Part shown: one piece after another, positions 50,701-63,122 of the stretch
Numbering within the stretch: position 1 is the stretch's first letter
How the letters are laid out: each line of letters opens with the position of its first letter
Assembly (NCBI GenBank): GCA_951406725.2
Contig: OX597820.1
Span: forward strand, 23,126,001 to 23,190,000
Direction: 5' to 3'
Length of the DNA stretch: 64,000 bases
From: Octopus vulgaris
Lineage: Eukaryota
The notes under the pieces: model-generated
What the model was told of the DNA's origin: nothing
The model's database searches: none
Seen by the model: the letters and a program-made list of their open reading frames with translations, nothing else
Program-made: the position numbers and the translations under genes

Positions 50701-52903
50701 ACAAGCCATCACCACACAGCAACATTGACTGGACCTTGTAGTTTTAAACAAGTGCCAGCTCATTATCACATCTGCTGTAAAAGAGTTCCCCTCTTGTCAT
50801 TCTGTAAATGTACCATTTCACCTGTTGAAAATGAAAGAATTGTGGAAGTCAAGTAGTTTAATCTCAATGATGATAATCCGGCTTCTGAGGTCTCGTGTAT
50901 AACTCCTATGCTGTTCATACAATTCTATATTTTTTACATAAGGAATTTATATTATGTATACTGTTTATTATTATATACATTATGTACATAACATAAATTC
51001 CTCATCTCAAATATAAAATTGTATTATCCAATCAGTGCACAGTCAGCGTAAGACATCAATAGAGGCTTATAAGCCTTAAAAATTCACTCTGTTACTATCT
51101 AAGGGCATAGCATAGTTGATAAAGGCATTGGTTAATGCTGTGCAGTCACCTAGTGATTCTGAGTTCACTCCCAGGCAAGGCACTAGGGTGAATCACAAGA
51201 CACTTGAAGAAGGCTGAAATGTTGTGAAAGCAGCAATCAAGATGAGGGCACCAGTCCAACTAATGTAAACAGTGTCAAAGCCTAGATTTATTTCTCTGGT
51301 AGCTTACAATTTTTGATAGATTTACAAAGTGAATCAATGTTATTAAACTGATTTGAATCTTAAGAGTTCTATGAGTCTGTGACACAAGAAGGGATCAGAG
51401 AAGCAATATAAGAAAGCAGTTAGGTGATAGTGGGGAAAATATTACCTTACTTGATAATGATAATGAATGTTCTTGGCAGAAGTAAGGCATCCAACCATAG
51501 ACAATTTACCTCAATAAGTTCTGTTTTACCTATGGAAAAATGGATGCTAAAACAATGGTGATGATGAGGCTGTCTCAGTTAATTCTCTTATGATTTCGAT
51601 TAGTCCATATGTTGTTTTTTTTTTCATGTTAATCGATATTGGATATCAATTTTGTTGTGGTGAGTGGTTTTAAAACCAAGGTGCCAGGTAAAAAAAGCAT
51701 TGGTATGGGTACTGGTGTCATGTAAAAAGCACTGGTGATGGTACCACATGAAAAGTACCCAATACACTATGTAAAGGGGTTGGCATTAGGAAAGGCATCA
51801 AGCCAAAACAGATTATAGAACCTGGTGCAGGCCCAGGCCTTTCCAGTTCCTGTCAAGCTGTTCAACCTATTCCAGCATAGAAATGGGTATTAAATGATTA
51901 TGATGATATTAATCATCATCATCATCGTTTAACGTCAGTTTTCCATGCTAGTATGGGTTGGACGGTTTGGCCGGGGTCTGGGAAGCCAGAAGGCTGCATC
52001 AGGCCCAGTCTGATCTGGCAGTGTTTCTACAGCTGGATACCCTTCCTAGCGCCAACCACTCTGTGAGTGTAGTGGGTGCTTTTTACGTGCCACCGGCATG
52101 GACAGCAGTACTTGCATCGGCCACGTTTGGATGGTGCTTTTTACATGCCACTGGCACGGGTATCACAACTATTAATATAATTTCGAAATAAATTATGATT
52201 ATATAGAGAACCCTAATAGACCACATACAACTTGTTGGCATTATATTAAACAGGCACATGCCCAGCAATAGTATTATTAGATTTCATTCTTATAATGTAC
52301 ATATCAAAATAGAAATAAAAATTCAGATTAGAAAAAAAGCCAAAAAAAAAAAGCCGAATTAAAGTGCTCAGGTATTATTTAGATATTATTAAGTTATTAA
52401 TTCTAATTAGTTTGTATGCAGTAAATTTTTTCTAGATTCAACCAAAATGAGTGTGAAAGTGTACATTAAAAAGCAGAATAAAGAAAAAACTTATTTTTCA
52501 TTGATATAATTAGTATTTTGAAAGTGTGCCTACTAATTATGATAATAATCCATTAATTATTCATTATGTAACATAATTGTTGGAATAAGTATGCACAGTT
52601 TGTTAAATGGAGAGGTATTAATTTAAACAAAATTAGTTACTAATAGTAATAAACTGTAGCTCTTGAATAAGAATGAAGACACTATTTCTTTATTGTTGTG
52701 CTTTCAACCACCTCTTTTATACTTACTATAAAACATGAATGGTTTGGGGGTTTCATATAAGAAATTATTGCAATCTAATTGAAGCTGTAATTATTGCAAT
52801 CTAAAAAAAAGTATTTTACAGCTATAATTATTGTAACCTAATTAAAGATTTTTTTTTTTATTTTCAGGAATTTTGTATCATGCTTGACTAATTCAACCTG
52901 AAG

Positions 52904-52993
52904 ATGCCTGGACGATTGAAAGTTAAAGTTGTGGCAGCCAGGGATTTGCCTATTATGGACCGGGCCAGTGATCTTACAGATGCCTTTGTGGAG
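52904..52993 (+). CDS. C2CD5: C2 domain-containing protein 5 (CDP138/KIAA0528), coding exon 1
   Basis: MPGRLKVKVVAARDLPIMDRASDLTDAFVE matches the C2CD5 N-terminus. Acceptor ttttcag ends at 52867, donor GTTAGT starts at 52994. Not in the ORF track. Confidence 0.95.
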
Positions 52994-53252
52994 GTTAGTA
53001 TTTATAGATGTTTTCACTGCCAGAAGTATCATCATCATCTCATCATCATCATTTAATGCTCGTTTTTAATGCTGGCATGAGTTGGACAGTTTGATAGGGG
53101 CTGGCTAGGCAGCAGACTGCACCAGGATTTGCTGTCTGCTTTGGCAGGGTCTTTACAGCCGGATGCCCTTCCTAACTCCAACCACCTTACAGAGTAGACT
53201 GAGTGCTTTTTATCTGGCATTATTAGTAATTTTTAGTAATAATTATTAGGAA

Positions 53253-53655
53253 AGGCGGCGAGCTGGCAGAAATGTTAGCACGCCGGGCAAAATGCTTAGC
53301 GGTATTTCGTCTGCTGCTATGTTGTGAGTTCAATTTCCACTGAGGTCGATTTTGCCTTTCATCCTTTCGGAGTCGATAAATTAAGTACCAGTTATGTACT
53401 GGGTCGATATAATCGACTTAATCTGTTTGTCCTCTCTGTGTTTAGCCCCTTGTGGGTAGTAAAGAAATAGGTATTTCGTCTGCCATTACGTTCTGAGTTC
53501 AAATTCCGCTGAGGTCGACTTTGCCTTTCATCTTTTCGGGGTCGATTAAATAAGTACCAGTTAATCACTGGGGTCAATGTAATCGACTTAATCTCCTTGT
53601 CTGTCCTTGTTTGTCCCCTCTATGTTTAGCCTCTTGTGGGCAATAAAGAAATAAT
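53253..53655 (+). mobile_element. SINE family B with tandemly duplicated body (another copy follows at about 53677-53890)
   Basis: A head plus body ending AAAGAAATAG (about 53470) is followed directly by a headless body starting GTATTTCGTCTGCC. Confidence 0.85.
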
Positions 53656-54108
53656 AATTAGTAATTTTCCTTAGAAAGGCAGTGAATTGACAGAATCATT
53701 ACTGCACCAGGTAAAATACTTCGTGGCATTTCATCTGTCTTTACTTTCTAAGTTCAAATGCCACCAAGATAGACTTAACCTTTCATCCTTTCAGTGTCGA
53801 TTAAAAAAGTACCAGTAGAACACTGGGGTTGATATAATCAACTTACCCTCTTCCCCCCCCAAATTGCTGGCCTTGTGACAAAATTTGAAGCCAATTATCT
53901 TCCTTTGTTCTACAAGATTGTAATTAACTAACAAAGCCTTCATTTTAGGCAAAATCTGTGTGAATAAATTGAGTTTCTGTTTCCTCCCTGAGATCAGAAA
54001 ATTCTCCTACTCTCAAAAGCTGCTAACATTTTACAAAGTGCAGATCTATATCATACCATAGCCCTGGGACAACCTATGTCTTAATTTGGTTGATTTCTTC
54101 AGATAAAC

Positions 54109-54417
54109 CAGTGTTTCCCAACATATTTTCTCTCAGGCCCCACTATAACTTTTCAGAAAAATGTATGCCCCACCAGTTGTTGGGGAAAAAAAAGCAACTT
54201 TATTTTAAATATTTTATCGCAATTGTTTAATACAAAAGAATCTACTGCTAACTCTTTTATTAAGTACTGAGTCCAAAAAATAATACATTATTGACTAAGA
54301 AAAAGAAAGTGAATCATTTTAAGGAGCATCTTGTGCCTGACAGCTACAGTACCATGCCCCACCACAATTTTCCCAGGCTCCACTGGTGGGACATATGCCC
54401 AATGTTGGGAATCAATG
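54109..54417. mobile_element. hAT-type MITE
   Basis: CAGTGTTTCCCAACAT ... ATGTTGGGAATCAATG; 8-bp TSD AGATAAAC/AGCTAAAC (1 mismatch). Confidence 0.75.
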
Positions 54418-54568
54418 AGCTAAACCCTTCAAGGCAGAGCCCCAACTTAGCCAGGGTACAGTGACTGAAAGAAGTAAAAGATAAGAAAAAAATTAAGAGA
54501 AATTTTGATCTTTGTTATCATATAATTTTCATTTTCTTTCTTCTAAATTTAATTTCTATTGTTTTCAG

Positions 54569-54655
54569 GTTCGTTTTGGAAATGATATCTTTAAAACTGA
54601 TGTCTGTCGAAAATCTTTAAATCCTCAATGGAATTCAGACTGGTTTAAATTTGAG
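54569..54655 (+). CDS. C2CD5: C2CD5 coding exon 2
   Basis: VRFGNDIFKTDVCRKSLNPQWNSDWFKFE (C2-domain LNPxWN motif); tttcag/GTAAAT, phase 0/0. Confidence 0.95.
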
Positions 54656-54844
54656 GTAAATTTTTTTTTTGTTATTGTATTTACAAGTAATTTATTTTTC
54701 AAGATTGATTTCTATAGTTAAGTCTAATTTTTTCCGCAAAAGTGTTGTAAAGATTAAATGTCTCAGACACATTGTTTTTTATTTTTCTTATTTGTATGCA
54801 TGAGATAGTTTTTGAGAAGTGATTGTTTTGATAACTGGATGCCT

Positions 54845-55180
54845 TGTGCTGGTGTCATATAACAAGCACCAGTGTTGGTGTCGTGTAAAAAGTGTCCATG
54901 CTAGCGACACGTGAAAAAGGATCTGTGCCAGTTCCACATAAAAAGTACCTATGCTGGTGCTACATGAAAAGCACCCATGCTGGTGCCACATAAGAAGCAC
55001 TTGTGTCAGTATCATGTATAAAGCATCCATGCTGGTGCCACATATAAAACACCTGTGCTAGTGGAACATATAAAGCACCTGTGCTGGTTGAACATATAAA
55101 ACACCTGTGCTGGTGGAACATATAAAACACCTGTGCTAGTGGAACATATAAAGCACCCATGCTGGTGCCACGTATAAAGT
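54845..55180 (+). repeat. 26-bp minisatellite (about a dozen units) derived from the LINE 3' UTR core motif
   Basis: Unit is about CACCTGTGCTGGTGGAACATATAAAA; CACCT recurs at 55050 and 55076. Confidence 0.88.
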
Positions 55181-55985
55181 ATAAACCAACCCAAGTACTT
55201 ATTTTTAAAGTCTGGTAGTTATTCTATCAGACATTTTGACTGAACTGCTAAGTTATGGGAATGTAAATAAACTGACAGCAGTTGTGAACACTGGGGGCAG
55301 GGGCAAGGTGCTTTGCAGTGGGTCTGAACCTGAAACCACAAGGCTGCAAAGCGAGCTTCTTAACCATACTGCCATGCATGATCCTAGACCATAACATAAC
55401 AAAATGGATTTAAAAACAAGCATAAAATTTAAATGACATTATCAAGATCATCAGATTGTTGAAAAAGTGGTTAAACAGGTGAAAACAGGTACATAGAAAT
55501 GCTGATATACTGGATTCCAACAGATGGCAAAAGAATCAAGGAATGCCACAGGGACCATCATCATCATCATTTAATGTCCACTTTCCATGCTAACATAGGT
55601 TGGATGGTTACCAGGGTCTGTGAAGCCAGGAGGCTGCACCAGGCTCCAGTCTGATCTGGCAATGTTTCTACTGCTGGATGCCCTTCCTAATGCCAACCAC
55701 TCTGTGAGTGTAGTGGGTGTTTTTTTACGTGCCACCAGCACAGAGGCCAGAGGAGGCTGGCAACAGTCACAATTGCTTGGTGCTTTTTATGTGCCACTGG
55801 CATCGGTCATATTCGGATGGTGCTTTTTACGTGCCGATAAATTCAATAAAGTTTGAAAGTTGGACACCCAAAACTGAAAGATGCAGAGAGAAAAGGGGAA
55901 AACCCTTACTTGTTAGCGGGAGAAAAATGGTAGATGTGATTGACTGAAAAGATCTCAGAACTTTTTTTATTTTATTTCTTCTTAG

Positions 55986-56026
55986 GTTGAAGATGAAGCA
56001 CTTCAAGATGAACCTCTTATATTACG
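55986..56026 (+). CDS. C2CD5: C2CD5 coding exon 3 (41 nt)
   Basis: VEDEALQDEPLIL+CG; cttag/GTAAGA, phase 0/2. It restores the frame into the next exon. Confidence 0.92.
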
Positions 56027-56567
56027 GTAAGATTCTTTTTAAAACGAATTTTAATGAAGTTTTTATTTGAACTAGTACATTTTTAGTAGTAGTCAGTTAT
56101 AGAGAGCCTCTTTCTGCTTGCATAGTTATCTGTTTGTAGCTAAGTACCGTATTCAATGGCATAAAAGATGCACTGGTATATTAGGTGCACTCCAGTTGCA
56201 TATATGACTGGCAGTGATTCTTTTTGAGACATTTATTTAGGGAAAAAAACGTGTCTTCTATGACATCAAATATGGTAGACTGGAACCATTTGAGAATTAA
56301 GTAGTTTTGTATGTTGAAGATGAATTATGGACTGTCAAGTTATTGTTGGTTGGTCAGCCTGGCATTTGACTTTGTAGTTGTAACTGCCTCACTTTCATTG
56401 CTAAAGCTTATGGCAAAAATAGATGATCATCTTTTATATTCCTCCCTTACCTGAAAAATATTAGTCTTGATATCTGTGAAGGGAAGGTAACAAAATATTT
56501 CTCCATGTGTCTGTTGGATTATATAATCCCAAGTAACTATGTCTACAAAAAGACTACTATTGAAATT

Positions 56568-56840
56568 CAGGGGTTGGACAAAATAATGGAAACACCTTAA
56601 AATTTCAAACAAATTTATTTTAATATGGGGTAGGACAGCCTTTGGCAGTTAATTATAGCTTGAATTCTACGAGGTATGGACTCGTACAAAGTTTGAATTG
56701 TTTCCAAAGGAAACAAAAGATATTAAGCAACACTAAAATAATAAATAAATAAAAAACAACAAATAAACAAAATTTTGATGGTTTTATAGATACTTAAAAA
56801 TTATGATGCTAGGTGTTTCCATTACTTTGTCCAACCCCTG
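56568..56840. mobile_element. Tc1-type MITE
   Basis: 30-bp TIRs CAGGGGTTGGACAAA(A/G)TAATGGAAACACCT (1 mismatch); TA on the right flank, TT on the left. Confidence 0.88.
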
Positions 56841-57541
56841 TATCTTTGAGCATAGATCTTCTCAATCAGGGTTAATCTAAAGATAACATACAACAGCAAC
56901 AACAACAACATTAGACATGGCAAAGTGAGTATTACAGTGATAAGCTCTTAACAAACTGGGTCCATGGTCCAATTTTCCTTTCTACATGTAGCAATATCAC
57001 ATTTCTAATGCAGTTAATACTCTCTACTAAAGCATGAATGCAACAACTTTTCATTTATCCTCTGCTGAAATTCTCAGATTGCATATCCGTGTAGCAATTG
57101 TTGTTATTGCTATTTCAAAGGTAGTAGTAGTAGCTGAGATAGGAGGATATTCTACCAAATATATTACAGTATTTAGTTTTGTCGTGATGGTGTTGTGTTT
57201 AAATTTCACCTAATTAACTTTTGTCTTTCCTCTCTCTCTGACTTTGATATCAGTTATTGTTTAGTAGTTGATTGACCTTGGTTGAAATGACCTATGATCA
57301 AATGCCTATCGTTCGTGGCCATCCTGTCTTTTCTTGAGATATAGTATATTTAGTACTGCATTGTTCAGTGTGTCCTTCCTCTTTTAAGACAGTAATATAT
57401 GGTTTGGGGAAAATTCGGTTTTGTATAAAAGTTTCAGTAATATTCCCAAGTGATTCAGCCAATTAAGTTCTTCTGCAAATGTTGGTCTTGTGCAGTAACT
57501 GTTCTGCACTGAGTTACAGGCACTCCCTTGTCATTCTTACT

Positions 57542-57774
57542 TCTTTATTGCCCACAAGAGGCTAAACATAGAGGGGACAAACAAGGGTAAACAAAGGGGA
57601 TTAAGTCGATTACATCAACCCCAGTGCGTAACTGGTACTTAATTTATCGACCCTGAAAGGATGAAAGGCTAAGTCTACCTCGGCGGAATTTGAACTCAGA
57701 ACGTAATGGCTAACGAAATACCGTTAAGCATTTTACCCGGCGTGCTAGCGTGTCTGCCAGTTTGCCGCCTTTCT
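57542..57774 (-). mobile_element. SINE family B copy
   Basis: 15-bp TSD CTTGTCATTCTTACT at 57527-57541 and 57775-57789. Confidence 0.9.
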
Positions 57775-58048
57775 CTTGTCATTCTTACTGCCAAAAATAT
57801 AGTGAATCAGGGATTAACTCACTAGAAACCTTCAATGATGCTAATTGCAATATAAAATTAGTATTGGGGTTGATAGAATAGACTCTACCCTCCCTCAAAT
57901 TTGTGACCCTGTATCTATGTAAGAATTCAATATTTAACTAACAAATTTACTTTTTTACCATTTCTTAAAAAACTATCTCTCTCACTGTGTGTGTGTATGT
58001 ATGTGCATACGTACATGTGTATATATACTTAAATATTTATCTTTTCAG

Positions 58049-58179
58049 AGTACTAGACTATGATACATACAGTGCCCACGACAGCATTGGAAAAGTCTAT
58101 ATAGACTTGAATCCTCTGTTAATCAAGAACAACCCTTCATTGATAAATGGCTGGTTTCCAATTTATGACACTATGCGGG
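58049..58179 (+). CDS. C2CD5: C2CD5 coding exon 4
   Basis: (R)VLDYDTYSAHDSIGKVYIDLNPLLIKNNPSLINGWFPIYDTMR(G), with the C2 Ca-loop DxD..S..D.IG; tttcag/GTAATT, phase 2/1. Confidence 0.95.
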
Positions 58180-60406
58180 GTAATTATACTATTATATGTC
58201 CTCATTATTATAATTATTATTTTTCATCAGTGTTATCAACATATTAATATTGTTGAGTGTACTTTTTTCTTTATTTGTCTTAAAAATTAAAAACTTTTTA
58301 ATCAGCAATTTGGAAGAAACTAGAAACATATTTTATCCATGAGCAAAGTTGGTTTTGTTTTCCATTTGTGATAATTTCACTTGGCTTATAACACTGATTA
58401 GCACCTGAATGATTGGCATTAAGTCATCCACAAACACAGTCCATCCTTACGTCCACAGGTGTGCTATCTCTGCTACCTTTTTTACTGCTTCTATCATGTC
58501 CTCTGCTCCTTGGAGCTAGCTGGGCTTGTGTCACCCACACTCTAATATTCCCGACCCATTTCTCTCTCTCGCGTGCCAGTAAGGCGACGCTGGTAATGAT
58601 CACGCTTGAATGGTGCCTTTTACATGCCACCAGCACGGAAGCCAGTCAGCCGCTCTGGCAACGATCAAGCTCAGATGGTGCTCTTAGCACCTCACTAGCT
58701 CGAGGCACAAGTGCCAGTAAGGCAATGCTGGTAACGATCACACTCGAATGGTTCCCTATAATGTGCCACTGGCACAGAAGCCAGTTAGCTGCTCTGTCAA
58801 TGATCACACTCGGATGGTGCTCTTAGTGCCCCACTAGCATGGCTGCCAGTCTTCGAATTTGATTTATCACCAGTAGATTTCCTAGAAAATTTGCACACTG
58901 CATGTAATAGCAACTGTGTGAATCTGTTCATGTGGAATTAAGTGTCCTGTCCAAATACACAACAAAACAGCTACTGTAAGTTTGAACTCAACACCTAGAA
59001 ACTGGCTGTCCAATATCATATTTACTTTACTATATATACTCTACTCTTGCTTGTGTTCAGGTAATAAACCAAATTTATACATTTTTGATAAACAAAATAC
59101 CACTTTGCTGATATCAGGATCTGTCATGACATACATAGTTTACATTTGGGGTTGTGCCAAATGTAGCTGGGCACAAGAGAAAGCAGGAATAATTAAACGA
59201 ATATGAAAATCTAGTCTAGAACAATTTGTTAAATATAGTTTATTGCTTCATAGTTGAGGCTTCAGTCTACAATCGTACTGAAGGGTTGAATTACCTGTAA
59301 AATTCGTTTAGTATTAGAAATGTTATTTTTATTTAGTGCAGAGGTGCAGGCATTGGTTATGTGGTAAGAAGTTTGTTTCCCACCCATATGGTTTCAAGTT
59401 CAATCCCACCTGGGGGAAGTGTTGTCAACTATAGCCCCAGGCTAACCAAGCCCTTTGTGGATGGATTTGGTAGAGGAAATCTGTAAAAAGCCTGTTCTAT
59501 ATACTTGTGTGTGTGTGTATAGGTATGTTCGTATAATATACACTAACTTTTCATTAAGGTAATTTTTTATGAATACAGCACAAAATTGGAACTAACAATA
59601 ATGGGAAGTTTAAACATTAACTTGGCTTTTCTGTATAAGTATCTAGTGTCTTGTTAAATATAACTTCCTATAAATGAAGCAGCAATAATATTTCCTGAGA
59701 AAGAATACACTGGCATAGTTTCTATTGCCCCCCCACCTCCACTCGGAGAGGCACAAGTACCTACACACACACACACACACACACAGCAGTTAAGTTCCAC
59801 CTACCAAATTCAATCACAAAGCTTCGGTCGGCCCGTAGCTATAGCAGAAGACACTTGCCCAAAGTGCCACGCGGTGGAACTGAACCCGAAACCATGTAAC
59901 TGGGAAGCAAACTTCCTAACCACATAGCCATGCCCATGCCTAAAAAAAAATTCCTTAATTCTAGCAGGACTAAAACATGTGGGGTTCAGTGTGATGGTTT
60001 ATATTTTTGGCACTCCATTGGTTACGACAATGAGGGTTCCACGTGATCTGATCAACAGAAGAACCTGCTCATGAAATTAACATGCAAGTGGTTGAGCACT
60101 TCACAGACACGTGTACCGTTAACGTAGTTCTCAGGGAGATTCAGCGTGACACAGAGTGTGACAAGACTGGCCCTTTGAAATACTAGTTCTACTCATTTTT
60201 GCCAGCTGAGTGGACTGGAGCAACGTGGAATAAAATGTCTTGCTCAAGGACACAATTATGATAAAATATTTTGTTTTAGATCATTTTAAAAGAAGTGGTC
60301 CCAAGTGAGTTGGTATCAAAAGAGTCAAGCAAGAACAAAAGATTCCCATATTTTTTGTTTGTTATTCAAAATCTAATAGATATATTCTTTTATCCTTTTA
60401 TTCTAG

Positions 60407-60502
60407 GCATACGTGGGGAATTAAATTTCATAGTGAAAGTTGATTTGTTCAGTGACTTCAACAGGTTCCGTCAGTCTTCCTGCGGAGTTCAACTTTTTTG
60501 TT
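60407..60502 (+). CDS. C2CD5: C2CD5 coding exon 5
   Basis: (G)IRGELNFIVKVDLFSDFNRFRQSSCGVQLFC; ttctag/GTAAGT, phase 1/1. Confidence 0.95.
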
Positions 60503-60659
60503 GTAAGTATCATTTAAACTATTGCCTTGTTAATTGTAAATGAAATTTTAATTGCCACCATGTGGTTTTGGGTTCAGTTCCACTGCATGCTGCATGGGCA
60601 GGTGTCTTCCCAGCTAAATGCTTTGTGAGTGAATTTGATTGACAGAAGCTGTGTGGAAG

Positions 60660-60873
60660 GCGGCGAGCTGGCAGAAACGTTAGCGCACCAGGCAAAATGC
60701 TTAGTGGTAGTTCGTCTGCCGTTACATTCTGAGGTTGACTTTGCCTTTCATCCTTTCGGGGTCGATAAATTAAGTACCAGTTACGCACTGGGGTTGATGT
60801 AATCGACTTTATCCCTTTGTCTGTCCTTATTTATCCCCTCTATGTTTAGCCCCTTGTGGGCAATAAAGAAATA
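60660..60873 (+). mobile_element. SINE family B nested in a family A SINE (about 60555-61120)
   Basis: 16-bp TSD AGAAGCT(G/A)TGTGGAAG at 60644-60659 and 60874-60889. Confidence 0.9.
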
Positions 60874-61539
60874 AGAAGCTATGTGGAAGCCTGTCACACA
60901 CACACACACGTGTTGTGTGTGTTTTTGTGTTTTTCCCCAAACCTTCACTAGGCAACCAGTTTTGATTTGCTTATGTCCCCGAAACTTAGCAGTTTGGCAA
61001 AAGAGTCCAGTAGAATAAGTACCAGTCTTTAAAAGATTGGTACAGGGGTTGATTTGTTTGACTAAAACCTTTTCAGGTGGTGCCCAACATGTCCACAGTC
61101 AAATGACTGAAACAAGTAAAGGAATAATGTTTGTTATCTATACATAAGTATTTACACTTTAAATGAATATCTAGTCTTGTGGCAACTCATTGGCTCTCTT
61201 ATTTTAGTTGATGCCTTTTCCTTAAATTCTTCCAATCATTTCCCCTAAAACAATTGCAATATTTACACACTGCAAGGCAGTGACTTGGCAGAGTTGTTAA
61301 CATGCTGGGCAAAATGAAAGGATGAAAGGCAAAGTCAATCACAGTAGAATTTGAACTCAGAACATAAAGATTAACAAAATGCCACTAAGCATTTTACTTG
61401 GTGTGCTAATGATTCTAGCAGCTCGCTTTGGAATTATTTATTATTGAGATAATAATTTCTCTTGCCAGTGATGAAAGGGAGTGCCTCTACTGTTAATTTT
61501 ATTTTTGACTTTATAGAGACATCAAAATAAATATCAAAT

Positions 61540-61876
61540 GGAAATTGTAGTTATGATACCTGTGCCGGCGGCACGTAAAAAGCACCATCCAAACGTGGCC
61601 GATGCCAGCGCTGCCTTGACTGGCTTCTGTGCTGGTGGCACGTAAAAAGTACCAACCGATCATGGATGCTGCCAGCCTCCCCTGGCACCTGTGCCGGTGG
61701 CATGTAAAAAGCACCCACTACACTCACAGAGTGGTTGGCGTTAGTAAGGGCATCCAGCTGTAGAAACGCTGCCAGATCAGACTGGAGCCTGGTGTAGCCT
61801 CCTGGCTTCTCAGACCCTGGTCGAACTGTCTAACCCGAGCTAGCACGGAAAACAGACATTAAACGATGATGATGAT
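61540..61876 (+). mobile_element. Solo RTE-LINE 3' UTR/tail, three repeat units
   Basis: Matches 1400-1978; (GAT)n tail. Confidence 0.88.
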
Positions 61877-62261
61877 AGACTTATGAAGTTGCTTTCTTGC
61901 AATGAAGATTTTTGAAGGTCAGCACTGCAAACTAGTTGAACACTTATCAATCATATATTTATTCCACTGCTTATAGTGATGTCATGGACTCCTCACTGTA
62001 CTTGTGGCTAAGTAGGCCGGATTATGAGAATTAAACAGAGAGGCAGCGAGAAGGAAGGATGAGTAAAAATCCTTTACTAGTCAACCACTACTTTTTCAGG
62101 CTGGTTTGCTATTGTAGCCATCTAATAGAAGATCGTTAATAACATTAGATTTACTAAATGTTTTAACTACTTGCATTCATTTAGACTAGATTATTGATAT
62201 TTTAGAAAAACATGCCTTTGTTAAAATACAACTTGCAACTTAATTATTTCATCTTTCAAAG

Positions 62262-62417
62262 CTGCTGCGGTTCCTGAAAAATATATGCTACAGAGTCTTC
62301 ATGGTTTTGTTGAAGAATTAGTTGTTAACGATGATCCAGAATATCAATGGATTGATAAATTACGTACTCCAAGAGCATCAAATGAAGCGAGACAAAGACT
62401 GTTTTCAAAACTATCAG
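62262..62417 (+). CDS. C2CD5: C2CD5 coding exon 6
   Basis: (S)AAVPEKYMLQSLHGFVEELVVNDDPEYQWIDKLRTPRASNEARQRLFSKLS; AAG acceptor, donor GTAAGT, phase 1/1. Confidence 0.93.
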
Positions 62418-62559
62418 GTAAGTTTTTTTTTTTTATTCCACTGAGTCTATCCACTAAAACTTTGAATTCAATGTTATTTTCTTTTGAGTTGATATTTCTC
62501 TGGCCAATGATGAGAGCATTTGACTCTTCCAAAAATATTAGACCCCCTTCAGTCACTAA

Positions 62560-62979
62560 GAGCACCATCTGAGTGTCATCGTTGCCAGAGCAGCAAACTG
62601 GCTTCTGTACCAGTGACACGTAAAAAGCACCATTCGAGCGTGGTCGTTACCAGCATTGCCTTACTGGCACTTGTACCGGTGGCACGTGAAAAAACATTTG
62701 AGCGAGGTCATTGCCAGTGCTGCTGGACTGGCTCCTGTACAGGTGGCACATAAAAAACACCATATGAGCATGGCCGTTGCCAGTACCGCCTGACTGGCCC
62801 TCGTGCCGGTGGCACGTAAAAGCACCCACTACACTCTTGGAGTGGTTGGCATTAGGAAGGGCATCCAGCTGTAGAAACTCTGCCAGATCAGATTGGAGCC
62901 TGCTGCAGCCATCTGGTTTGCCTCAGTCAAATCGTCCAACCCATGCCAGCATGGAAAGTAGATGTTAAACGATGATGAT
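62560..62979 (+). mobile_element. Solo RTE-LINE 3' UTR/tail, four repeat units
   Basis: Matches 1425-1978; (GAT)n tail followed by (TA)n. Confidence 0.88.
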
Positions 62980-62980
62980 T

Positions 62981-63019
<39 letters not shown>

Positions 63020-63061
63020 GTTTGATGATTTAACTCATGACTTCCTTTTATCTTTTTTCAG

Positions 63062-63122
63062 GAGAGTTGCAACGGAAAATTGGCTTGAAGGTTCTTGAAC
63101 TGGGTGGAAACTCAGTAATAGG
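63062..63122 (+). CDS. C2CD5: C2CD5 coding exon 7 (gene continues beyond the window)
   Basis: (G)ELQRKIGLKVLELGGNSVI(G); ttttcag/GTAGGT, phase 1/2. Confidence 0.92.
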
